Positions 41,097-52,874 of a stretch of 64,000 nt of DNA are shown here, piece after piece. Origin of the DNA: Nitrospirales bacterium (GTDB taxonomy: Bacteria; Nitrospirota; Nitrospiria; Nitrospirales; UBA8639); contig CBDCWC010000003.1 in assembly GCA_965223295.1 (NCBI GenBank), positions 32,001-96,000 on the forward strand, in the 5' to 3' direction. Made by a program: the position numbers and the translations under genes. A model generated the notes under the pieces. That model made no database searches, was not told the DNA's origin, and saw nothing but the letters and a program-made list of their open reading frames with translations. Positions within the stretch are counted from its first letter, which is position 1; every line of letters begins with the position of its first letter.

Positions 41097-42575
41097 TCAC
41101 TTGATAGGAAGCACGGAGAGGTCGGCGACAGAAACAAGAGGGCCAGGGAAAATTCCTAGTAAGACGACTCCAAAAACGGCACAAGCGAGAACGACGGAAA
41201 CTTGTGGGGAAAGGGCTAAACGCCTGCTCAGTTCTTGTTCTGATGATGGCTCACGCATATACATCACCATCACGATGCGCAAATAATAAAAAGCGGAAAT
41301 AGCCGCAAAGATTAGCCCAAAAATAGCCAGCCAGGCCAAGCCCGCATTGACGGCTGCCATAAACAGATAAAATTTTCCGATAAAGCCTGCCGTTGGGGGA
41401 ATGCCTGCCAGGGAGACCATGAAAACCAGCATAAGAAATGCGCCGCCTTTATGGCGTTTGGCTAATCCCGTAAAGTCTTCAATATCTTCACCTTCTAGCC
41501 CCCCGTTTCTGAGAATAGCAACCATTGCAAACGCACCGATCGTCATAAACGAATAAATCGCGAGATACAGCATCAGACTCGATACGCCACGATTGGAAAT
41601 GTCTGGTTCGCCCATCCACCCCGCAACCACAACCCCAACGAGCGCATATCCGGCATGAGCGATACTCGAATAGGCCAACATTCTCTTGACGTTGGTTTGC
41701 ACGATTGCCACAAGGTTCCCTAACGCCACAGTAATTAGACAGACCGTCAAAATCAGCACATTCCAGTTAGGCTTCACACCTCCGAATGCCTCCAGCAACA
41801 CTCGAAGAAACGCCGCAAAGCTTGCGGCCTTTGAGGCCACCGCCATAAAGGCCGTTACCGATGTTGGAGCGCCTTCATAGACATCCGGTGTCCACATATG
41901 AAACGGCACAGCCGCCACCTTAAATCCAAACCCAACAAGAATGAGCATGAGCGCGAGAAGGATAATGGGATCATCTAACCCTTGCCCGTTGACCACTGCC
42001 GAAATTTCGGCCAATCGAGTGCTGCTTGTCACCCCAAACAACAAGGAAATGCCGTACAGCAAAATACCTGAAGAAAACGCCCCTAACACAAAGTACTTTG
42101 CCGAGGATTCGATCGAGCGAGCTTCAAAACGTTTGAACCCTGCCATGATGTACAGCGTAATGGACATCAACTCAATGCCGAGATAAATCGTCAGAAGATC
42201 GGCTCCCGAGACCATCACCATCATGCCGACCAACGCTAACAACACAAAGGCGTAATATTCGGCAAGTTCAATTTTCTCTTCTTTGAGATAGCTCATAGAT
42301 AAGAGGATCGTGAGCCCACTCACCAGGTACAACAGCATCTTCCAAAAAGCGGCATAGGAATCCAGGACCACTAAACCACTGAAGGCAGATACCGGCTCGC
42401 CAAAATCTGTCATCGTGATAAGACTACAGACCACTAAAGACCCTAAACACATCCAAGCCAGAAAATCTTTTTTTGCTCGTGGCGTGATCGGATCCAACAC
42501 CAGCAGAATGCAGGCAATTCCCACAAGAATTAACTCTGGAAGAATCACGCCTAAATCAGCGAGAGGAAGACTCAT
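41097..42575 (-). CDS. nuoN: NADH-quinone oxidoreductase subunit N
   Basis: ESSAKYF, GFKVAAVPFHMWTPDVYEGAP, KRMLAYSSIAHAGY. Confidence 0.96.
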   Translation of the reverse strand: MSLPLADLGVILPELILVGIACILLVLDPITPRAKKDFLAWMCLGSLVVCSLITMTDFGEPVSAFSGLVVLDSYAAFWKMLLYLVSGLTILLSMSYLKEEKIELAEYYAFVLLALVGMMVMVSGADLLTIYLGIELMSITLYIMAGFKRFEARSIESSAKYFVLGAFSSGILLYGISLLFGVTSSTRLAEISAVVNGQGLDDPIILLALMLILVGFGFKVAAVPFHMWTPDVYEGAPTSVTAFMAVASKAASFAAFLRVLLEAFGGVKPNWNVLILTVCLITVALGNLVAIVQTNVKRMLAYSSIAHAGYALVGVVVAGWMGEPDISNRGVSSLMLYLAIYSFMTIGAFAMVAILRNGGLEGEDIEDFTGLAKRHKGGAFLMLVFMVSLAGIPPTAGFIGKFYLFMAAVNAGLAWLAIFGLIFAAISAFYYLRIVMVMYMREPSSEQELSRRLALSPQVSVVLACAVFGVVLLGIFPGPLVSVADLSVLPIK

Positions 42576-44149
42576 GGGCTACCCTTCAAACCAAGATGGG
42601 CCATAATCTTCAATGCCTTAGCTGTTTTTGCTAGAGGCTCAGATAAAGATTCTTGTTGGACAATGACAGATGCCGATTGTGTAGCCACGACCCTCTCCAC
42701 ACTGCTATGCATCACATCTAAAAGAGGCTTAGGATAGAGCCCAATCCAAAGTACCAGCACTACAAGTGGCACTAACATGGCAAACTCACGAGAATTAAGA
42801 TCCGTGAGTTTAGGAAGCATCTGTGGCGAGGCAGGTCCATAAACAATCCGCTGCACTAAGTACAAAATATACACGGCCGCTAAAATAATCCCCAATGCGG
42901 CTAAAGTCGCCGTCAACTTGTCCCAAGCAAAGACACCGACGAGGACTAAAAATTCACCCACGAAACTATTCATCCCAGGAAGCCCAACTGAAGATAATGC
43001 AAAAATCACCAAGAAGGTCGCGTACTTTGGCATGGCATGAGCGAGTCCCCCGTTCTCAGAAATCTCTCGGCTATGCGTCCGTTCATAAATGATACCTACA
43101 CACATAAAGAGTGCGCCTGTTGTAATCCCGTGATTAATCATTTGAAGCACCGCACCTTCGATTCCTTGAGCATTGAAGGCAAAAATTCCCAACGTCACAA
43201 AACCCATATGACTCACACTGGAATAGGCAATCAGCTTTTTAATGTCACTTTGAGCCAGCGCCATATAGGCACCATAAATAATGGCAATAACCGACAAGGC
43301 CATAATCATAGGAGTGAAGGTGACCGACGCATCAGGCAACATCGGCAACGAAAATCGTAAGAACCCATACGTGCCTAACTTCAACAAGACACTCGCCAGA
43401 ATGACGCTTCCCGCTGTAGGAGCTTGTACGTGGGCATCTGGTAGCCACGTATGAAACGGGAACATGGGCACCTTGACGGCAAACGCTGCAAAGAAAGCCC
43501 AAAACAACAGGGCTTGCAGACTTGGAGCATATGAGGCATGCGTCAAGGCCAAAATATCAAAGGTTCGCCCGCCTTCAAAGTACAACACTAAAATCGCAAC
43601 CAGCAGAAGAATGCTCCCGGCCAAGGTATAGAGGAAAAACTTGATGGCCGCATACACGCGATTCGGTCCACCCCACACCCCAATTAACAAATACATGGGG
43701 ATTAACATGGTTTCCCAAAAGATATAAAAGAGCACAAAATCTAAGGCCACAAACACACCAATTGTCGCAGTCTCCATGACAAGCAAGCTGATCAAAAACT
43801 CTTTCATCCGTGTTTCAATCGCCGTCCAGGACACCAGAATACACAGGGGCGTCAAAAAGGTTGTCAGCAGCACTAGCGGCATACTGATGCCATCAACTCC
43901 CAAGGCATAATGAATAGCAGGCGAATCAATCCACAAATGTTTCTCAACGAATTGCATGCCGGCTGCCCCATTGTCGAACGCAAACCACAGAGGCAATGAC
44001 ACGACAAGCGTGATGACTGAAGTGGCTAAGGCAATTTGCCGAGATAACACTTCATGCGCAAGCAAAGTCGCCACGACGCCTAGCAGCGGGAGAAGAAGAA
44101 TCAGCGTGAGCCAGGGTGTGCCCCCTGTTGCGACTACCACTTCAGTCAT
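42572..44149 (-). CDS. nuoM: NADH-quinone oxidoreductase subunit M
   Basis: DGIS, FYIFWE, VKVPMFPFHTWLPDAH, KKLIAYSSVSHMG. Confidence 0.96.
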   Translation of the reverse strand: MTEVVVATGGTPWLTLILLLPLLGVVATLLAHEVLSRQIALATSVITLVVSLPLWFAFDNGAAGMQFVEKHLWIDSPAIHYALGVDGISMPLVLLTTFLTPLCILVSWTAIETRMKEFLISLLVMETATIGVFVALDFVLFYIFWETMLIPMYLLIGVWGGPNRVYAAIKFFLYTLAGSILLLVAILVLYFEGGRTFDILALTHASYAPSLQALLFWAFFAAFAVKVPMFPFHTWLPDAHVQAPTAGSVILASVLLKLGTYGFLRFSLPMLPDASVTFTPMIMALSVIAIIYGAYMALAQSDIKKLIAYSSVSHMGFVTLGIFAFNAQGIEGAVLQMINHGITTGALFMCVGIIYERTHSREISENGGLAHAMPKYATFLVIFALSSVGLPGMNSFVGEFLVLVGVFAWDKLTATLAALGIILAAVYILYLVQRIVYGPASPQMLPKLTDLNSREFAMLVPLVVLVLWIGLYPKPLLDVMHSSVERVVATQSASVIVQQESLSEPLAKTAKALKIMAHLGLKGSP

Positions 44150-44178
44150 GAGAGTCCGTTTCTCCTACGCCCAACACA

Positions 44179-44325
44179 TCTACCTCCCCTAGCCCTTCCT
44201 TACAAAGGAGGGGTAAAGAAGACGGGAAATACTGCGTAAACCTAACATCTATTATTTGAAACCATTTCATGAGAAAAGCACCTACGCATTCCTCCCCTTT
44301 GTAAGGGGAGGCTAGGTGGGGTAGA
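44179..44325. repeat. inverted pair of REP-like palindromes (REPIN-like)
   Basis: TCTACCTCCCCTAGCCCTTCCTTACAAAGGAGGGG (from 44179) and its near reverse complement CCTCCCCTTTGTAAGGGGAGGCTAGGTGGGGTAGA (to 44325). Confidence 0.8.
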
Positions 44326-44378
44326 ACATCATTCATGTATCAATCAACTGACCTAAAACTCCTTCACATCTCAGCCTT

Positions 44379-46277
44379 TTAAAAAAAGATCAATGCCCCC
44401 AGTATCACTACGGCGCCGACCGTCATGGCCAGCGCGTAGTTTTGTGCTTGTCCACTTTGAAGTACCCGCGTCACCCATCCTCCCCAGGCCACGGCACGCG
44501 CAACTCCATTGACCGCTCCATCAATGATTGCCACATCCACCTGCTTCCATAAACTATCCGCCATTTTTAACGTCGGCTTTGTCACCGTCTGTTCATACGC
44601 TTCATCAACAAACCATTTATTCAACGATAGTTGATACAGCGATTGCCATTGCGCGGCAAGACGATCCGGCAAGCCTGGCGACATCACATACACAAAATAT
44701 GCACCAGCAATCCCTAAAAGCCCCATCGCTGTTGCCGCCACCATGATTCCTGTTGCCGCCGCTCCTTCATGATGTCCCCCACTCTCACTCCCGGGGAACG
44801 CTGGAGCCAGGAATTCAGGAATGCCAATATATCCAGCGAGAATACTCAACACGGCAAGAATGAGCAGCGGAACCGTCATGGTCTTCGATGGTTCATGAAT
44901 ATGACCAGCATGGGCAGGGTCCACCTTAGATTCCCCCCAAAATGTCACAAACACTAAACGAAAACTGTAGAAGGCGGTCATCAAGGCTGTTAGTAACCCC
45001 AAGACAGTCAGCGCTTGCCCCAGCCCACCTGACATCCACGACGACAGCAACAATTCATCCTTACTAAAAAATCCCGCGGTTAACGGAAAGCCTGCAAGCG
45101 CCAGGGAACCGATCACAAAGGTCCAATAGGTCACAGGCAATTTATCCTTAAGACCGCCCATCTTTCGAAAATCTTGCTCATGATGCAACGCAATAATGAC
45201 CGCACCACACCCTAAGAACAGCAGCGCTTTAAATGCTCCATGCGTGAGCAAATGATACATGCCGGAGACATAGGCTCCCAATCCACAGGCCATCATCATG
45301 TATCCCAATTGGCTCAACGTGGAATAGGCCACCACACGTTTGATATCTGTTTGCGTCAATGCAATGGTCGCCCCAAGAAACATGGTGACTCCCCCAACGA
45401 TGGCCACGACATCCATGGCAACTGGAGACAAGTTATACAGCGGAGCCAAACGCGCCACCATAAAGACGCCAGCCGTCACCATCGTCGCAGCATGAATCAG
45501 CGCAGAAATGGGCGTGGGGCCTTCCATAGCATCCGGCAACCAAACATGCAGGGGAACTTGGGCGGACTTCCCAACCGCTCCAACAAAGAGGAATAGGCAA
45601 ATCAGCGTCATCACCGAAATTTCCCAATTGCCCCCAATCGTTGCCAGCAAATTTACTGTTCCTCCAGCTAGGTTCTCTAACTGCGAAAACACCTCTTGAT
45701 ATTGCAAGCTGCCGAATGTCACAAATACGAGTAAGATACCCAGCATGAAACCAAAATCACCAACCCGATTGACTAAGAAAGCTTTGGTGGCCGCAGCGCG
45801 AGCTGATTGGCGTTCGTACCAATGTCCAATCAGCAGATAAGAACACAGTCCCACCGCTTCCCAAAAAACAAAGAGCTGTAAGAAATTATCAGACATGACG
45901 AGCATCAACATGGAAAAGGTAAAGAGCGCAATATTACTGAAAAAACGAGCATAGCCCGGCTCACCATGCATATAGCCAATGGTGTACACATGCACAAGAG
46001 AACTAACGATCGTGACCAGCATCAACATCGCTGCCGTTAATTGATCGATAAACAGTCCTAAGGTAATGGTGAGATTACCTGAATCCGCCCAGGTATAGAG
46101 TGGAATGCGCAACACCGTTCCACCGGCAACTTCAGTCAAAGCCATTATGGAAAGAAGAAAGGAGCCAACAACGGCAGGAACAGCAATGAAATGCGCCCGT
46201 TCCTTGATGACATGGCCACCTAGACCAAGAGTCACAAAGACAAGCAATGGAAGAAGAGGGATGAAGGCGTAAATCAT
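44379..46277 (-). CDS. nuoL: NADH-quinone oxidoreductase subunit L
   Basis: GKSAQVPLHVWLPDAMEGPTP, AATMVTAG, THGAFKALLF. Confidence 0.96.
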   Translation of the reverse strand: MIYAFIPLLPLLVFVTLGLGGHVIKERAHFIAVPAVVGSFLLSIMALTEVAGGTVLRIPLYTWADSGNLTITLGLFIDQLTAAMLMLVTIVSSLVHVYTIGYMHGEPGYARFFSNIALFTFSMLMLVMSDNFLQLFVFWEAVGLCSYLLIGHWYERQSARAAATKAFLVNRVGDFGFMLGILLVFVTFGSLQYQEVFSQLENLAGGTVNLLATIGGNWEISVMTLICLFLFVGAVGKSAQVPLHVWLPDAMEGPTPISALIHAATMVTAGVFMVARLAPLYNLSPVAMDVVAIVGGVTMFLGATIALTQTDIKRVVAYSTLSQLGYMMMACGLGAYVSGMYHLLTHGAFKALLFLGCGAVIIALHHEQDFRKMGGLKDKLPVTYWTFVIGSLALAGFPLTAGFFSKDELLLSSWMSGGLGQALTVLGLLTALMTAFYSFRLVFVTFWGESKVDPAHAGHIHEPSKTMTVPLLILAVLSILAGYIGIPEFLAPAFPGSESGGHHEGAAATGIMVAATAMGLLGIAGAYFVYVMSPGLPDRLAAQWQSLYQLSLNKWFVDEAYEQTVTKPTLKMADSLWKQVDVAIIDGAVNGVARAVAWGGWVTRVLQSGQAQNYALAMTVGAVVILGALIFF

Positions 46278-46281
46278 CGCC

Positions 46282-46587
46282 CTACCACTTCAACAGCCGG
46301 AAATCATCGATATTGATGCTAGCCGAATGTCGATACAGCGCAATAATAATCGCGAGCCCAACCGCGACTTCTGCCGCAGCGACCGTCAGCGCGAAAAAGA
46401 CAAACACTTGGCCGGATAAATTTCCCAGATAGGAGGAGAATGCCACAAAGTTAATATTTGTGGCATTCAGCATCAGCTCGACAGACAGCAGAATGATAAT
46501 AATATTTCGGCGAATGAGCACACCCACTAATCCTATCGAAAACACGATACCGCTTAAGACAAGATAGTAGGTGACGGGAACTTCCAT
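46282..46587 (-). CDS. nuoK: NADH-quinone oxidoreductase subunit K
   Basis: [22 protein letters not shown]. Confidence 0.95.
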   Translation of the reverse strand: MEVPVTYYLVLSGIVFSIGLVGVLIRRNIIIILLSVELMLNATNINFVAFSSYLGNLSGQVFVFFALTVAAAEVAVGLAIIIALYRHSASINIDDFRLLKW

Positions 46588-47105
46588 TAATCTTTGACCT
46601 TCAAAATACCTTTTTTGGTGAGGATCACGGCTCCAACCATCGCAACCAATAAGATGAGGGACGCGACTTCAAATGGAAAGAGATACGTGGAATACAGAAG
46701 CTCACCGATCGATTCGGTATTCCCTTTGGTGAGTTCAATGGGGGCCTGAGAAGCCGGGAGGGTGTCGCCAAGCCTCGTCTCCCCCTTTACCACCAGGAGA
46801 ACGGCTTCCGCGAACAACATACATCCAAGAAATAACCCGACGACAAACTGGCTATGAAAATGTTCTTCTCTTTTTAAATTCAGCAGCATGACCACAAAGA
46901 GATAGAGCACAAGAATAGCCCCCGCATACACGAGTATCTGTATCACGGCCAAAAATTCGGCATGCAAGGTGACGAACAGACCAGCCACGTGAAAGAACAT
47001 GACCAAAAGAGCCAACGCACTGTACACCGGATTTTTGAGTGCCACGACTATTCCGGCGGCAGCGACAATCACGCTGGCAAAATAAAAAAAGACAAAGGTT
47101 TCCAT
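46587..47105 (-). CDS. nuoJ: NADH-quinone oxidoreductase subunit J
   Basis: [26 protein letters not shown]. Confidence 0.95.
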   Translation of the reverse strand: METFVFFYFASVIVAAAGIVVALKNPVYSALALLVMFFHVAGLFVTLHAEFLAVIQILVYAGAILVLYLFVVMLLNLKREEHFHSQFVVGLFLGCMLFAEAVLLVVKGETRLGDTLPASQAPIELTKGNTESIGELLYSTYLFPFEVASLILLVAMVGAVILTKKGILKVKD

Positions 47106-47182
47106 GATTAGGCAGAGGAAATTAAGAATGCTGAGTTAGCAGATTTTCAAGACAAGTCTTCCAACAATCGTTCCTAAGTTTC

Positions 47183-47722
47183 CTAGGCGTCTTTCTGAGG
47201 AATTTCTTTAAACCCAACATTAAAGTAGGCCACATTCGGATGTTGAAACTCTAACCGTTTTTCCCGAACCGGAAAATTCCGGTCACCCATGGCCAGTAAT
47301 TGCTGTTTATTCAAGTGTAACTGCCGTTTATCGTAGACAGCCCATTCATATTCTTGAGTCATCCCCAGCGCATCCACCGGGCAGGCTTTGACACAGAGAC
47401 CACAAAATAAACAGCGAGTCATATCCATGTAATATTCCTTGGAATACCGCTTCGCGGGTTCTTTAGGGACTTCAGCACTCACCACCCGTATCACGCGAGA
47501 TGGGCACGCCGCTTCACACAGATCACACCCCACACATTTTTCCGTTCCATCGTCGTACCGCAACAACGCTAACATTCCTCGGTAATTCGAAGGCAAGGGC
47601 TTTTTCTCATGAGGGTACTGCAGCGTAATCGGCCGATACTTCAATAGATGCGCCATCGTGGCCTTCATACCTAACAACAGTTCATAGAAGGTGAGAGTCT
47701 TCACCCATTCTTTGATATTCAT
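47183..47722 (-). CDS. nuoI: NADH-quinone oxidoreductase subunit I
   Basis: Two CxxCxxCxxxCP 4Fe-4S motifs; TLQYPHEK. Confidence 0.95.
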   Translation of the reverse strand: MNIKEWVKTLTFYELLLGMKATMAHLLKYRPITLQYPHEKKPLPSNYRGMLALLRYDDGTEKCVGCDLCEAACPSRVIRVVSAEVPKEPAKRYSKEYYMDMTRCLFCGLCVKACPVDALGMTQEYEWAVYDKRQLHLNKQQLLAMGDRNFPVREKRLEFQHPNVAYFNVGFKEIPQKDA

Positions 47723-47744
47723 CGTTCTTTCATCACCCTCATCA

Positions 47745-48800
47745 TTACGGGAAAAGATAGGCAATAATAGACGTCACAACGATATTCCCCAGCGCAATTG
47801 GTAACAGCACCTTCCATCCGAACCGCATCAATTGGTCATAGCGCAACCGAGGCAAGGTGGCTCGCAACCAGAAAAACAAAAAGAGAAACCCTGCCACTTT
47901 AGAAACAAACCAAAAAATTCCCGTTAACCAATGAAGAGATTCAGGGCCTTGCAACACTTCCAAGGGAGCATGCCACCCGCCAAAAAATAAGACGGTCGCC
48001 ATACATGACACCAAAATCATGTTGCCGTATTCAGCCAAGAAAAAGAATGCGAACCGCATACCGCTATATTCGGTAAAAAACCCAGCGACGAGTTCACTTT
48101 CTGCTTCCGGCAAATCAAATGGAGTCCGGTTAGTTTCTGCCACGGACGAAATCAAAAACACTACAAAGGCAATGGCTTGCGGAAAACCTCCTCCCCCAAA
48201 AAAGTACCAATTCCAAAATCCACCAGCTTGGGCATTCGTAATGGTGACCAGGCTCAAGGAACTGGAAAGCAACAGAATCCCCACGATCGACAGACCGACG
48301 TTCAATTCGTAACTAATTAATTGTGCAGCCGAACGCAGACCGCCCAACAAGGAATATTTGCTATTCGAGGACCAGCCTCCCAGAATGATGCCGTAGGCCC
48401 CAATAGAGGCAAAAGCCAAAATATAGAGCACCCCAATATTAATATCGGAAATGACAAACGGCTTAAAATTCACGCCGTTCACATCAACGGTCCAATCCGG
48501 ACCAAAAGGAATGACGGCAAACCCTATCAATGCAGGAACCAATGATAAGATCGGCGCCATGCTAAACATTAACTTGTTCGCGCCGGCTGGAATGATGTCT
48601 TCTTTAAAAAAGAGTTTTAAGCCATCCGCCACCGGTTGCAAAATACCATAGGGACCCACTTCCATCGGCCCCATTCGATCCTGCATCCACCCCAGCACCT
48701 TGCGTTCCAGCAGCGTGAGCAGGGCCACAGTCAGGAGCACCGCCATCATCACTGCGCCTATTTGGCCTAACGTTAGCCCTAACCGAATAACCGTTTCCAT
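47745..48800 (-). CDS. nuoH: NADH-quinone oxidoreductase subunit H
   Basis: [45 protein letters not shown]. Confidence 0.96.
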   Translation of the reverse strand: METVIRLGLTLGQIGAVMMAVLLTVALLTLLERKVLGWMQDRMGPMEVGPYGILQPVADGLKLFFKEDIIPAGANKLMFSMAPILSLVPALIGFAVIPFGPDWTVDVNGVNFKPFVISDINIGVLYILAFASIGAYGIILGGWSSNSKYSLLGGLRSAAQLISYELNVGLSIVGILLLSSSLSLVTITNAQAGGFWNWYFFGGGGFPQAIAFVVFLISSVAETNRTPFDLPEAESELVAGFFTEYSGMRFAFFFLAEYGNMILVSCMATVLFFGGWHAPLEVLQGPESLHWLTGIFWFVSKVAGFLFLFFWLRATLPRLRYDQLMRFGWKVLLPIALGNIVVTSIIAYLFP

Positions 48801-48842
48801 AACGGATTCACTCCTCTCCTCTCTTTGGCAACACGCAAGCAG

Positions 48843-51533
48843 TCAACCGCCTTGGCCCCCTGCTACTTTTTCTAAGTAGACATGAGCGACCTTGAAGTAC
48901 GGCACTTGAGTTTCCGGATCAACCATATAAGGCAACAATTGCCGAATCTCTTCATCAAAATGCTCAGGAAAGACCGCAACACCTTGGGGAATGCGTTCAC
49001 GCAATCCAATTGGTGTCACCACTTCACCTAAGCGATTGCGAACCTTTACTTTATCGCCTTCAGAAAGGCCATGCCGAACGGCCTCTTCAGGATGTAGATA
49101 GAGCTTGCCAGTGGATTCAACCTGTAACAATCCTTTGGCTTTTCGGGAAAATTTCCCCGAATGGAATAATGATTGAGCAACCTGCAAAACAATTTCATGG
49201 GCCTCCGCTGCCTTGCCAGACAATTGATAGCGTGCAGCGATATCTCTTTGATAATCAGTTGTGATATATCGGGCAATCGCAGAGGATTGTGGTTGCGCCG
49301 GTAATGGAGCGGGCCCCAAGGTGCGGGCGCCAGGGAGAAGATTACGAATTTCTTTTCCGATTTCTTTCACCTCACCATATTCCATCGGGTCATCCATCAT
49401 CACCGAAAGCGCCGAGAAAACTTCCCAGTCCGGCCGACTTTCACCAACCAAATCCATGGCTTTTCGCACGGGTTGGATATGCCCTTCTGTATTGGTAAAA
49501 GTCCCGTCTTTTTCAGCATAAGAACAGGCAGGAAGCACCGCATGCGCATGCTGAGCCGTTTCAGTCAGAAATAATTCTTGACAGATTAGCAATTCGAGCT
49601 TCTCCAATGCCGTGTGAATACCTGATGAAGGCGGTAAGGAGGCTAACGGATTTTCACCTACGACCAATAGAGCTTTCAATTTTCCTTGCTGCGCATCTTC
49701 AATCATCTGTGGCAACGACGAACCAGGCGTATCGGGAATTGTTCGACCCCATGCTTGCGAGATGTTTTTGCGCACTTCTGGATCCCCCAACGATTGTCCG
49801 CCAGGCAAGACAGCTCCAGTTCCACCCATTTCATATGCGCCTTGATCATTATTTTCTTCAGCCATGGGAGCCAATCCACAACCAGGCTGTGTGAGTTTTC
49901 CAGTCACCAGCAACAGGTCCAAAAGATTCATGGTCATCCCAAATCCACCTGAAGATCTCAGCACACTAGGCCCGACAAGAATGACGACTCTTTTCCCTTC
50001 ACCAAATACCTTGGCTGTCTGAAGGAACGTTTCCGAAGAAATTCCAACCTGCGCATAAATAGCATCCCATGTCAGCGCTTCAAGTTTAGCCGTGACATCA
50101 CTGAAAAACGACTGGGCCTTGGCCTGTAATTCTGTATCGAGAATTGACTGGGTCAACGCGGCTTTCAGAAAACCTAAAATTGCCGCCGCATAGTCTGTTG
50201 GCTTCACCTCAAGATGATGCTGCGCCAGATTGGCAATATTACTGACATTCTCAATAGCGGCTTTTAACGCCTCAATCGTGATTAACGTTGCACCGCGCCG
50301 TTTCACCGCGTTTTTCACTTTCAACCCGGTGATGGGATTTGTCTCCGTAATATTCGTGCCGACGAGTAACAACACATCAGCTGATTCAATGTCTTCAAAG
50401 CTGACTGACCATCGATGAGTCCCTTGCACTCGTTGCAGGGCATGCACACCGTTCAGATGACCATACCGCGCACTCGTATCAATGCGATTCGACCCAATCA
50501 CTCCACGCATGAATTTCTGGAACACATAAATATCTTCATTGGTGCAACGTCCAGAAATAAGCCCGCCAATTGCATCAGCACCGTACTTCGCCTTGACATC
50601 CAACAAACGCTTGGACACTGCTTCCAAGGCTTCTTCCCAAGGCACCGGCCTAAAACTCGCTCCCTCACGCAGTAAAGGAGAAGTGACTCGATCAGGATGT
50701 TCACTGACGTGATAGCCAAAAAATCCTCGTGCGCACAGATCCCCATTATTTCGACCAGACCCTTGGGTAGAATTAATTTCGATCAGCGCATTGTTTTTTG
50801 TTTGAAACGTCACCTGGCATCCATCGCCGCAATACCCACAGACTGAATCGGTGCGCTTAAGCATCCAGGGACGAAATTCATACATTGAAAGGCGACTAGT
50901 AATTGCGCCAACCGGACAAATCTGGACACAGCCTCCACAAAATTCGCAGTCCAACTCATGCGACGCGAAGCTCTTGATTTCCGTCAACGTTCCCCGTCCC
51001 ATGGGGGCAAGAGCTTTCACATCCATGACCTCATCGCAATAGCGCACACACCGCATACATTGCACACAACGATTCATTTGCGTTTCGATCAGCGGACTAA
51101 AATATTCTTTTTTAAAGACTCGCTTTAGTTCCGTAAAGCGGCTCTTCGTGGCTGTATATTCATGCGAAAAATCTTGGAGATCACAGCGCCCACCTTGATC
51201 GCACACCGGACAATCCAAGGGATGATTGGCCAGAATGAAATCTAACACCGACTTCCGGGCATCTTTGGCTTGAGTTGAAGATGAGGATTTGACCACCATC
51301 CCCTCCGCCACTGGTGTGCTACAGGATGTTTGCAGACGCGGCATCTTTTCAATTTCGACAAGACACATACGGCAATTCGCATCGGGCGCTAACTTGGGGT
51401 GGTAACAAAAATGTGGAACCATCACACCTACTTGGCGAGCCGCTTCAATCACCAGCGTCCCTTTGGGCACCGTGGCTGTTTGGCCGTCGATCGTGAGAGT
51501 CACCATCTCAGTTGTTGTTGATGAAACCGCCAT
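48843..51533 (-). CDS. nuoG: NADH-quinone oxidoreductase subunit G
   Basis: PHFCYHP..CRMCLV, HPLDCPVCDQGGRC, multiple Fe-S motifs, long molybdopterin-oxidoreductase-like C-terminus. Confidence 0.93.
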   Translation of the reverse strand: MAVSSTTTEMVTLTIDGQTATVPKGTLVIEAARQVGVMVPHFCYHPKLAPDANCRMCLVEIEKMPRLQTSCSTPVAEGMVVKSSSSTQAKDARKSVLDFILANHPLDCPVCDQGGRCDLQDFSHEYTATKSRFTELKRVFKKEYFSPLIETQMNRCVQCMRCVRYCDEVMDVKALAPMGRGTLTEIKSFASHELDCEFCGGCVQICPVGAITSRLSMYEFRPWMLKRTDSVCGYCGDGCQVTFQTKNNALIEINSTQGSGRNNGDLCARGFFGYHVSEHPDRVTSPLLREGASFRPVPWEEALEAVSKRLLDVKAKYGADAIGGLISGRCTNEDIYVFQKFMRGVIGSNRIDTSARYGHLNGVHALQRVQGTHRWSVSFEDIESADVLLLVGTNITETNPITGLKVKNAVKRRGATLITIEALKAAIENVSNIANLAQHHLEVKPTDYAAAILGFLKAALTQSILDTELQAKAQSFFSDVTAKLEALTWDAIYAQVGISSETFLQTAKVFGEGKRVVILVGPSVLRSSGGFGMTMNLLDLLLVTGKLTQPGCGLAPMAEENNDQGAYEMGGTGAVLPGGQSLGDPEVRKNISQAWGRTIPDTPGSSLPQMIEDAQQGKLKALLVVGENPLASLPPSSGIHTALEKLELLICQELFLTETAQHAHAVLPACSYAEKDGTFTNTEGHIQPVRKAMDLVGESRPDWEVFSALSVMMDDPMEYGEVKEIGKEIRNLLPGARTLGPAPLPAQPQSSAIARYITTDYQRDIAARYQLSGKAAEAHEIVLQVAQSLFHSGKFSRKAKGLLQVESTGKLYLHPEEAVRHGLSEGDKVKVRNRLGEVVTPIGLRERIPQGVAVFPEHFDEEIRQLLPYMVDPETQVPYFKVAHVYLEKVAGGQGG

Positions 51534-51544
51534 ACGTTCAGGAC

Positions 51545-52852
51545 CTATCGTGACAAAACCGGAATCTCTTTCGTGCGAGGCATCGTCGCTTCTGCCTCTT
51601 TGATTAAGGCCTCATATTCATGACGAAAATGCTTCAAGCTACTCTGAACAGGTCCAACTTCCGCTTCGCCAAAGGCACAGACGGTGCGTCCGGCAATATT
51701 TCCACACAGCTCGTCCAACATTTCAAGATCGCCAGCTCGCCCTCGTTTATCCCAAATGCGCTGAAGAATTTGCGTCAACCAAGAACTGCCTTCACGACAT
51801 GGCGTACATTTCCCGCAAGATTCATGGTAGAAAAATTCCATGAGCCGCAGAGCTGCCCACACCATGCTCGTGCCCTCTTCCATGACGGTCACACCACCGG
51901 AGCCTAACATGGATCCAGCCATGGCGACCGCTTCAAAATCCATTTTGACATCTAAATGCTCAGGGGTCAGAATCGGGGCTGAAGCTCCGCCAGGGATAAA
52001 CGATTTGAGCGGTTTATCAGACCGCATCCCTCCACCCACATCATAAATAAATTCACGAAAGGGAATGCCCATCGGGACTTCATAGTTGCCCGGACGCTTG
52101 ACATGGCCGCTCAAACAAAACACGCGAGTGCCACAACTCTTTGGGGGAGAACCAATCCCTGCAAACCATTCGCCGCCACGATTAATGATCGATGGAACGT
52201 TCGCCATCGTTTCAACATTATTGACCACAGTAGGCTTCTGATAGAGGCCATGCGTCGCGGGAAACGGCGGCTTGAAGCGAGGCATGCCCCGTTTGCCTTC
52301 TAAGGATTCCAACAAGGCCGTTTCTTCTCCGCAAATATACGCACCGGCACCGGAATGCACATAGATATTAAACGTCTTTCCGCTTCCTAACACATTCTGA
52401 CCTAAATATCCCCCGGCATAGGCTTCTTGAACTGCTCTTTCCAGAATTTTTGCACCAAGGCGAAACTCGCCTCGAATATATATGTAGGCCGTCTCCGCAC
52501 CAATGGCAAAACAGGTAATCGCCATGCCTTCCAACATTTGGTGAGGATCACGCTCCATCAATTGCCGGTCTTTAAAGGTGCCTGGCTCGCTTTCATCGGC
52601 ATTGCAACACAGATATTTGGGACCAGGATGATCTTTGGGAATAAACCCCCACTTCACACCAGTTGGAAAACCTGCTCCTCCTCGTCCCCGCAAACCGGAT
52701 TTCTTGACTTCTTCAATGACCTGATCCGGCTGCATCTCTTTCAATACTTTGCGAAGAGCTTGATACCCGCCAGCTTTCTCATAGTCAGCCAACAACCCCG
52801 TATAGCCTGGCTGTTCCATATTTTTGAGAAGGATTTTTTCGTACTGCGCCAT
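51545..52852 (-). CDS. nuoF: NADH-quinone oxidoreductase subunit F
   Basis: GLRGRGGAGFP, NADESEPG, GAYICGEETAL, ESCGKCTPCREG. Confidence 0.97.
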   Translation of the reverse strand: MAQYEKILLKNMEQPGYTGLLADYEKAGGYQALRKVLKEMQPDQVIEEVKKSGLRGRGGAGFPTGVKWGFIPKDHPGPKYLCCNADESEPGTFKDRQLMERDPHQMLEGMAITCFAIGAETAYIYIRGEFRLGAKILERAVQEAYAGGYLGQNVLGSGKTFNIYVHSGAGAYICGEETALLESLEGKRGMPRFKPPFPATHGLYQKPTVVNNVETMANVPSIINRGGEWFAGIGSPPKSCGTRVFCLSGHVKRPGNYEVPMGIPFREFIYDVGGGMRSDKPLKSFIPGGASAPILTPEHLDVKMDFEAVAMAGSMLGSGGVTVMEEGTSMVWAALRLMEFFYHESCGKCTPCREGSSWLTQILQRIWDKRGRAGDLEMLDELCGNIAGRTVCAFGEAEVGPVQSSLKHFRHEYEALIKEAEATMPRTKEIPVLSR

Positions 52853-52874
52853 TAGATTGTCTAACCGTTATGAC